In this document: in pieces, positions 57,696-64,000 of the stretch
Numbering within the stretch: position 1 is the stretch's first letter
How the letters are laid out: every line of letters starts with the position of its first letter
NCBI GenBank assembly: GCA_963719495.1
Contig: CAVRCI010000002.1
Span: 416,001-480,000 of the forward strand
DNA length: 64,000 nt
Source: an uncultured Verrucomicrobiae bacterium
GTDB taxonomy: Bacteria; Verrucomicrobiota; Verrucomicrobiia; Chthoniobacterales; JAATET01
Direction of reading: 5' to 3'
Program-made: the position numbers and the translations under genes
Notes under the pieces: model-generated
Databases searched by the model: none
Told to the model about the DNA's origin: nothing
The model's input: only the letters and a program-made list of their open reading frames with translations

Positions 57696-58529
57696 ATGAA
57701 ACAATACCGACTCAATCGACTCTTCAACCCTGCTTCCAACCATTGCTTCGATGTCGCCGTCGACCACGGATTTTTCAACGAGCGGGGCTTTCTCAATGGC
57801 ATCGAGGATCTGAAATCTTGCGTGGAGGCGTTGGTCGAGGCCGCGCCGGACGCGATTCAGTTGACGGTGGGGCAGGCGCGGTTGTTGCAGAGCATTCCGG
57901 GCAAGCGGAAGCCGGCGCTGGTGCTGCGGACGGACGTGGCGAACGTTTACGGGAAGGATCTGCCGCGGACGCTTTTCAGCAAAATGATCGAGGATCCGGT
58001 GACGCAGGCGGTGCGGCTGGACGCGACGTGCGTGGTGGTGAATCTGTTTCAAATCCCGGGCGAGCCGGAGGTGACGGCGCAGTGCGTGGACAACATTCTG
58101 CGGATCAAGCCGGCGTGCGACGCGTGGGCGATGCCGCTCATGATCGAGCCGCTGGTCTTCCGGTCGAACGCGGAGGCGGGGGGCTACATGGTGGACGGGG
58201 ATTTGGAAAGAATCCTGCCGCTGGTGCGTCAGGCGGTCGAGCTGGGGGCGGACATCATCAAGGCGGATTCGACGGATGACGTGGGTGATTACCACCAGGT
58301 CGTGGCGATGGCGGGAGACATTCCGGTGCTGGTGCGGGGTGGCGGGAAGGCGGGGGACGTGGAGATTCTGGAGCGGACGGAGGGTCTCATTGGGCAGGGC
58401 GTGGCGGGCATCGTGTATGGCCGGAACATCATTCAGCACGAGCATCCGGCGGGGATGACGCGGGCGCTGATGGCGGTCGTGCACGAAGGGGCGACGGCGG
58501 CGGAAGCGATCAAACTGGTGGCACGATGA
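57696..58529 (+). CDS. Class I aldolase, DhnA/LsrF family (start ATG 57696)
   Basis: RLNRLF, VAVDHG, MIEP, AVELGADIIK, PVLVRGG, YGRNI.Q. Confidence 0.88.
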   Translation: MKQYRLNRLFNPASNHCFDVAVDHGFFNERGFLNGIEDLKSCVEALVEAAPDAIQLTVGQARLLQSIPGKRKPALVLRTDVANVYGKDLPRTLFSKMIEDPVTQAVRLDATCVVVNLFQIPGEPEVTAQCVDNILRIKPACDAWAMPLMIEPLVFRSNAEAGGYMVDGDLERILPLVRQAVELGADIIKADSTDDVGDYHQVVAMAGDIPVLVRGGGKAGDVEILERTEGLIGQGVAGIVYGRNIIQHEHPAGMTRALMAVVHEGATAAEAIKLVAR

Positions 58530-59656
58530 GCGGCGGGACGATGCGGGTCGGGATCATCGGCGGCGGGCTGATGGGGCGGGAGGCGGCGAGTGCCTATGCG
58601 CGGTGGTTTGTGCTGGAGGATTTTCCGGTGCGGGCGGAGTTGGTCGCGGTGTGCGATTTGCAGCCGGCGCTGCTGGAGTGGTTCGAGCGGGTGCCGACGG
58701 TGCGGTTGCGGACGCCGGATTACCGGGAGTTGCTGGCGTCGGTGGAGGTGGACGTGGTTTACGTGGCGGTGCCGCACAATTTGCACGAGCGGATTTATTT
58801 GGACGTGCTGGAGGCGGGGAAGGATCTGTTGGCGGAGAAGCCGTTTGGGATCGATCTGGGGGCGGCGCGGCGGATTCGGGACGCGGCGGCGAAGTCGGGG
58901 CGGTTCGTGCGGTGCAGCTCGGAGTTTCCGTTTTTGCCGGGAGCGCAGCGGGTGATCGCGGCGGCGCGGTCGGGGGAATGCGGGCGGTTGCTCGAGGTGC
59001 GGTCGGGCTTTTGGCATTCCAGCGATCTGGATCCGGGCAAGGCGGTGAATTGGAAACGGCAGGTGAAGACTTGTGGCGAGATCGGGGTGATGGGGGATCT
59101 CGGGATGCACGCGGCGCACGTGCCGTTGCGGCTGGGTTGGCGGCCGGAGCGCGTTTACGCGCAGTTGCAGAAAGTTTACACCGAGCGGCCCGACGGGAAG
59201 GGCGGGATGGCGGCTTGCGACACGTGGGACAACGCGATGCTGCACACGGAGGTGCGGATCGACGGGCGGGCGGTGCCGCTGCGGATGGAAATGAAACGGC
59301 TGGCACCGGGCGAGACGAACACGTGGTTTCTCGAGGTGCTGGGGACGGATGGCGGGGCGCGCTTCAGCACGAAGGAACCGAAAACGCTGTGGACGTTTTC
59401 GCGCGGGAAGGAGCAGTCGTGGGGTCGGGTGGATCTGGGGTTTCAGACGCCGTTCAAGACGATCACGGGTGGGATTTTCGAGCCGGGGTTCCCGGATTGT
59501 TTCCTGCAAATGTGGGCGGCTTTCGCGGCGGAGCGGGCGGGGGCGCTCGGGGATCGGTTTGGGTGCGTGACGCCGGACGAGGCGGTGGCGAGTCACGAAA
59601 TTTTTGCGGCGGCGTTGGAATCGCACGCGGGCCGGAGCGCGGTGGAGTTGGCGTGA
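58526..59656 (+). CDS. Gfo/Idh/MocA family oxidoreductase
   Basis: GIIGGGLMG, VAVPHNLH, AEKP, GVMGDLGMH. Confidence 0.9.
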   Translation: MSGGTMRVGIIGGGLMGREAASAYARWFVLEDFPVRAELVAVCDLQPALLEWFERVPTVRLRTPDYRELLASVEVDVVYVAVPHNLHERIYLDVLEAGKDLLAEKPFGIDLGAARRIRDAAAKSGRFVRCSSEFPFLPGAQRVIAAARSGECGRLLEVRSGFWHSSDLDPGKAVNWKRQVKTCGEIGVMGDLGMHAAHVPLRLGWRPERVYAQLQKVYTERPDGKGGMAACDTWDNAMLHTEVRIDGRAVPLRMEMKRLAPGETNTWFLEVLGTDGGARFSTKEPKTLWTFSRGKEQSWGRVDLGFQTPFKTITGGIFEPGFPDCFLQMWAAFAAERAGALGDRFGCVTPDEAVASHEIFAAALESHAGRSAVELA

Positions 59657-60234
59657 AGCGGTCGGAGGTCAACGCGGCGGTGCGGGCGGCGACTGAGTGC
59701 TTCGCGCGAAGTGGCTGGGCGCTGCCGCCGGAGCCGCGGTGGGACGTGACGGATTTCGGTCTCGGGCGGTTCGCGGAATGCGGGCTGGTTCTCGTGAATC
59801 TGGCGGAGGAGCCGGAGTATTGCGAGAAGCTCATGTTTGCGGCGAAGGACCAACGGACGCCGGCGCATTGTCATCGGCAAAAGAAAGAGGACATCATCGC
59901 GCGGGCCGGGGCGCTGGCCGTGCGGGTGTGGGACGGGTCGCCGGAGGCGGCGGGGGAGGGTGAGTTTTTCGTGCCGGTGAACGGGGAGCCGACGGCGGTG
60001 CGGTCGGGGGACGTGGTGCGGTTGGCGGCGGGGTGTCGGGTCACGTTGGTGCCGGGGATTTATCACGAGTTCTGGCCGGAGACGGACGGGTGCGTGATCG
60101 GGGAGGTGTCGACGGCGAACGACGACGCGAATGATAATTTTTTTGTCGACGCGGAGGTCGGGCGTTTCCCGGGGATCGAGGAGGACGAGGCGGCGGCGGT
60201 GCGGCTGGTGTCCGACGGTGGCGATGGAGTCTGA
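59653..60234 (+). CDS. D-lyxose/D-mannose ketol-isomerase family cupin (start GTG 59653)
   Basis: MKRSEVN, WDVTDFG, YCEKLM, PAHCH..KKEDII, PGIYHEF, GEVSTANDD..DN.F. Confidence 0.88.
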   Translation: MKRSEVNAAVRAATECFARSGWALPPEPRWDVTDFGLGRFAECGLVLVNLAEEPEYCEKLMFAAKDQRTPAHCHRQKKEDIIARAGALAVRVWDGSPEAAGEGEFFVPVNGEPTAVRSGDVVRLAAGCRVTLVPGIYHEFWPETDGCVIGEVSTANDDANDNFFVDAEVGRFPGIEEDEAAAVRLVSDGGDGV

Positions 60235-61252
60235 ACGGCGCGGGATCGCGGCGGCCGGGAATTGGATTGTCGACCAGGTGAAGATCGTCGACGTGTATCC
60301 GCGGCAGGACGCGCTGGCGAACATCACTGCGATCACGAGGGGGAACGGCGGCGCGGCCTACAATGTGCTCAAGGATCTGGCGCTGTTCGGCGCGGGGTTG
60401 CCGCTGGAGGCGATCGGGCTGCTGGGCGAGGACGCGGCGGGGCGGGAGATCCTCGAGGATTGCCGGGCGCACGGGATCGACGTGGCGCAGTTGCGGACGA
60501 CGGCGGCGGCGCCGACTTCGTTCACGGACGTGATGAACGTTGCGGGGACGGGGCGGCGGACGTTTTTCCATCATCGCGGGGCGAACGCGCTGTTCGATCT
60601 CGATGGATGCGATCTGTCGCGGAGTCGGGCGCGGATTTTTCACCTTGGGTATCTGCTGCTGCTGGATCGGTTGGATCAGCCGTCGGCGGCGCACGGGACG
60701 CGGGCGGCGGAGTTGCTGGCGGCGGCGCGGGCGGCGGGGATGAAGACGTCGATCGACGTGGTGAGCGAGGATGGGCGGCGGTTTGCCGAGGTGGTGACGC
60801 CGGCGTTGCGGCAGACGGATTACTGCATTCTCAATGAGTTCGAGGCGGAGCAAACGACCGGCGTGGGGCTGCGGACGGAGGCGGGGTTGCGGTGGGACGA
60901 ACTGGGGCGGGCGGCGGAGGAGCTGCTGGCGCGGGGGGTGCGCGAGTGGGTGGTGATTCATTTTCCGGAGGGCGCGTTCGCGCGGTCGGCGGCGGGGGAG
61001 GTGGGGTGTCAGGGCAGTCTGCGGCTGCCGGAGGCGTGGATCGCGGGGACGGCGGGCGCGGGCGACGCATTCTGTGCCGGGGTGCTGCTGGGGCTGCACG
61101 AGGGGTGGGCGATGGAGCGGTGTCTGCGGTTTGCGGCGTGCGCGGCGGCGGGGTCGATGCGGGACGTGACGTGCAGCGCGGGGGTGGAGCGAGTGGAGAA
61201 GCTGTGGGAGTTGGAGGCGGAGTTCGGTTGGCGGGACGTGGGGGTTGCTTAA
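60224..61252 (+). CDS. PfkB family carbohydrate kinase (start ATG 60224)
   Basis: GGAAYN, G.LGED..G, RTFF, NEFE, GTAGAGDAF. Confidence 0.92.
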   Translation: MESERRGIAAAGNWIVDQVKIVDVYPRQDALANITAITRGNGGAAYNVLKDLALFGAGLPLEAIGLLGEDAAGREILEDCRAHGIDVAQLRTTAAAPTSFTDVMNVAGTGRRTFFHHRGANALFDLDGCDLSRSRARIFHLGYLLLLDRLDQPSAAHGTRAAELLAAARAAGMKTSIDVVSEDGRRFAEVVTPALRQTDYCILNEFEAEQTTGVGLRTEAGLRWDELGRAAEELLARGVREWVVIHFPEGAFARSAAGEVGCQGSLRLPEAWIAGTAGAGDAFCAGVLLGLHEGWAMERCLRFAACAAAGSMRDVTCSAGVERVEKLWELEAEFGWRDVGVA

Positions 61253-61318
61253 CGGTTGAGAGCCGAGTCGAGCGGCGCGACGTGCGCCCGTGGCGGGTCG
61301 AAGGCTTCGAAAAAGTCA

Positions 61319-61345
61319 GACAGGATTAACAGGATTTACAGGATG
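61319..61345 (+). repeat. Orphan 9-bp periodic repeat x3 (ACAGGAT family)
   Basis: GACAGGATT AACAGGATT TACAGGATG; same family as 36964-36999. Confidence 0.8.
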
Positions 61346-61533
61346 GTCTGAAGTGACTGAGGAAGGATCGAATGCAGACCTGTGGGATGCGCGCTCCCTC
61401 TCAGCAAATCGAGCGACGGCTGATACTTCGCTGATGACTGCCAGCTCGAAAGCAGGGCGTGCGGCGGACTCAATCTTCGAGGTGGATAACGTGCGCGGGG
61501 TGCCGGGGTTGTGGACGCCGATGATGGCGTGGC

Positions 61534-62652
61534 TCACTTGGATCCGCTGGCGGCGGCGTTGACCACCATCGTCCAGCTCGCGAAGCGCTTGGCGTCGCTT
61601 TCGCGTAACTCGAGTGCCAGCGGCATGAGCGAGGGATCGAAGTAGCTGGCATCTTCGAGCAGCGTGATTGCGTCCGTGGGTTCGTAGAGCCGCCCGGTGC
61701 GGTAGGCCTCGATGCCTGCGGCGGCGCGATTGCGGTCGAGTTCGGATTTCGTGTTCACCCATTCCTCATGGGTCTTCGTGCCGTTGGCGTAGGGGACGAC
61801 GTAATTGACGGACTTTTCGAGCGAGGAACCGTTCGGAGATTCCCAAGTGTAGAGATTTTCCCCGTCCGTGCCCTTGACGATCGCCAGCTCGATCACGGGG
61901 CGCAGTCCGCTCGAGTGGTAGGTGAGCGTGTCGCGCCGCTCGAGGTCGAGGCTGCCGCCGTCGGGTCGCAGGCTTTGCGTGACCCAATGTTTGAGACCCG
62001 CGGTGGCCTGCTCCGTCCAATCTTTCCGGTCGAGGATGCGCCCGCAAATGGCGACGATCCGCACCGACTTCGTGTAGAGGTTCGTCATGATGTCGGCGGC
62101 CTCGACGGCGTCGGCGTGCCGCTTTCCGATCTCCTCGATCCACGCGTCGATGCGCTGGCGGTCCGCGTCGTCGAAGGTCGACCGCAGCGCCGCGTAGGCG
62201 GTGGAGAGCGGGTAGAGCTTGTTCTCGTTCACGTCGTTGCCGGTGGGTTCGTAGGTGGCGGCCCAGGCCGTGATCAGACCGCGGAGCGCCTGCGCGGCGC
62301 GCGGGTCGTCGCTGGCCTGCCAATACTGCGTGAGGATCGCGACGTCGCTCATTTGCCGGACCTTCGCGACGGTGGCGATGCGCTTGGGGTCGGTGTTCAG
62401 CAGTCCCTGGTAGTTGATTTTCTTCAGGGGTGTCGGCTCGATCTCCAGCAGTGGGGCGGCCCGTTGCTTCAATTCGGCGTAGAGCGCCGCCGCTTCGGGA
62501 TCGGTTTTGACCAACTCCCGCAGGTTCGCGATCTGGGTCGAGTCCAGGGGTAGGGTTCGCTCGATGGAGAATTCGCCGGCGTCCCCGGGACTGGCGGCGT
62601 GGAGGGAGGCACCGAGGAGGGCGAGGATGAGAAGGATGCGGCGTGGGATCAT
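61534..62652 (-). CDS. Secreted alginate lyase-like protein, paralog 2 (start ATG 62652)
   Basis: Signal peptide ending LHA; AWAATYEPTGN.VNE, DG.SLD..RRD.L.YH, H.EWVNT. Confidence 0.65.
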   Translation of the reverse strand: MIPRRILLILALLGASLHAASPGDAGEFSIERTLPLDSTQIANLRELVKTDPEAAALYAELKQRAAPLLEIEPTPLKKINYQGLLNTDPKRIATVAKVRQMSDVAILTQYWQASDDPRAAQALRGLITAWAATYEPTGNDVNENKLYPLSTAYAALRSTFDDADRQRIDAWIEEIGKRHADAVEAADIMTNLYTKSVRIVAICGRILDRKDWTEQATAGLKHWVTQSLRPDGGSLDLERRDTLTYHSSGLRPVIELAIVKGTDGENLYTWESPNGSSLEKSVNYVVPYANGTKTHEEWVNTKSELDRNRAAAGIEAYRTGRLYEPTDAITLLEDASYFDPSLMPLALELRESDAKRFASWTMVVNAAASGSK

Positions 62653-62693
62653 GATTTTGTGAGTTGGGGGTTCGTTTGGCGGATGTTCACCGG

Positions 62694-63803
62694 CTATTGG
62701 TTCGCGGCGGCGTTGACGACCATCGTCCAGCTGGCGAAGCGCTTGGCGTCGCTGTCGCGGAGCGCGAGCGCGAGGGGCATGAGCTTGGGGTCGAAGTAGC
62801 TGGCTTCCTCGATGAGCCTCAGCGCGCTTTTGGGTTCGTAAAGTCGACCGGTGCGGTATTCCTCGAGACCCGCCGCGGCGCGTTGGCGATCGAGTTCGAC
62901 CGTGGTGTTCACCCACTCTTGGCGGGTTTTCGAGCCGTCGGCGTAGGGCACGACGTAATCGACGGATTTCTCGAGCGAGGCCCCGTTCGGCGATTCCCAG
63001 GCGTAGAGGCCGGGTCCGTCCGCGCCCGAGACGACGGCCAGCTCGATCATCGGGCGGAGGGCGCTGCTGTGGTAGGTGAGAGTGTCGCGCCGCTCCAGAT
63101 CGAGGCTGGTGCCATCGGAGCGCAGGCTTTGGGTGACGAAATTCTTCAGGCCCGCGATGGCCTGCTCGGTCCAGTCCTTCCGACCGAGGATGCGACCAAA
63201 CAGGGCGACCATGCGCACCGATTTCGTGTAGCGGTTGGTCACGAAATCCGACTCCCGGACGGTCTCCGCGTGGCGTTCTCCGATGTCGCTGATCCACGCG
63301 TCGATGAGTTGACGGTCCGCGTCGTCGAAGGACTCCCGCAGCGCCGCGTAGGCGGTGAAGAGCGGGTAGAGTTTGTTCTCGTTCACGTCGTTGCCGGTGG
63401 GTTCGTAGGTGGCGGCCCAGGCCGTGATCAGGCGGCGCAGCGCTTCCGCCGCGCGCGGGTCGTCGCTGGCCTGCCAATACTGCACGAGAATGGCGGCGTC
63501 GCCCATTTGACGGACTTTCTCGACGCTGGCGATCCGCTTCGGATCGGTGTTCACCAAGCCCTCGTAGTCGATCTTCTTCACCGGGGTGGGGACGACGTCG
63601 AGCAGGGGCACGGCTTTCGTTGCGAGTTCCGCAAAAAGCGCGGCCGCTTCCGGATCGCTCTCGACCAGCTCGCGCAGCCGATCGCGTTGCTCCGGGTCGA
63701 GCGGCACGGTGCGTTCGATGGAAAATTCGCCCGGGCCAACCGCGCGGAGGTGCGCGGGGAGGAGACCGAGGATGCCGAACAGGGCGAGGTGGAGGATTTT
63801 CAT
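62694..63803 (-). CDS. Secreted alginate lyase-like protein, paralog 1
   Basis: Signal peptide ending LRA; same motifs; collinear with 61534-62652. Confidence 0.65.
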   Translation of the reverse strand: MKILHLALFGILGLLPAHLRAVGPGEFSIERTVPLDPEQRDRLRELVESDPEAAALFAELATKAVPLLDVVPTPVKKIDYEGLVNTDPKRIASVEKVRQMGDAAILVQYWQASDDPRAAEALRRLITAWAATYEPTGNDVNENKLYPLFTAYAALRESFDDADRQLIDAWISDIGERHAETVRESDFVTNRYTKSVRMVALFGRILGRKDWTEQAIAGLKNFVTQSLRSDGTSLDLERRDTLTYHSSALRPMIELAVVSGADGPGLYAWESPNGASLEKSVDYVVPYADGSKTRQEWVNTTVELDRQRAAAGLEEYRTGRLYEPKSALRLIEEASYFDPKLMPLALALRDSDAKRFASWTMVVNAAANQ

Positions 63804-64000
63804 GTCGCGACGCTAGCAACTTTTTTTTACGAATTCGAGGAATGCGGCATCGCCACGGCAGACATGCTGGAAAAGCTTGATTCGAGAGGGAAATTGCTGG
63901 CTTCTCTGACCCGGCGGCGGGGCGCTTCGGCGATCATTCGGACGATCTTGGATCTCCGCTGGCGACGCTCGAGGTTCGTAACCGTCTCCCGATCTTCCTC

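Noticed and set aside
61253..61533. 280-bp gap between convergent genes as an ncRNA or small ORF
   Set aside because: Apart from the orphan 9-bp repeat arm, no convincing structure or coding signal was seen
61534..63819. Apparent 761-aa ORF spanning both lyase-like genes
   Set aside because: The upstream half is an off-frame read of paralog 1; paralog 2 has its own signal peptide from 62652

Overview
High-GC bacterial chromosomal window, probably Verrucomicrobiota (inferred from gene content such as exosortase/EpsI, RNase HIII and pseudopilin-like proteins; not provable from sequence alone). Left to right: (1) purine catabolism genes (3' part of xdhB, ade) separated by a GxxExxY gene enclosed in periodic inverted repeats; (2) a ~29 kb exosortase-linked surface-polysaccharide locus (EpsI, exosortase, WecB/TagA, GDP-mannose 3,5-epimerase-like, GT-C-like membrane protein, glf, GT2/GT4s, Wzy, Wzx, CDP-3,6-dideoxyhexose pathway rfbFGH-reductase-rfbE, ligase-TPR, beta-barrel, Wzc, Wza) with an intact ISAs1 insertion; (3) housekeeping genes (pgsA, moaE, gndA, rnhC, mutY, MFS, trpB, ribD), an alkaline-phosphatase homolog lacking catalytic residues, tRNA-Gln and tRNA-Thr; (4) a single operon for caa3 oxidase plus diheme cytochrome c, Rieske and cytochrome b-c; (5) a 3' tRNA-fMet fragment with terminator (att-site scar); (6) a divergent sugar-catabolism cluster with glcD/glcF and two tandem alginate-lyase-like paralogs. 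Best leads: the repeat-bounded GxxExxY cassette and its gene-less relatives (one pair brackets rnhC exactly), a PemK/MazF-like domain fused to RfbH, the pseudo-phosphatase, and the uncharacterised sugar pathway. No CRISPR array or rRNA was seen. Products were assigned by motif recognition without database searches; several start codons were reassigned by eye.
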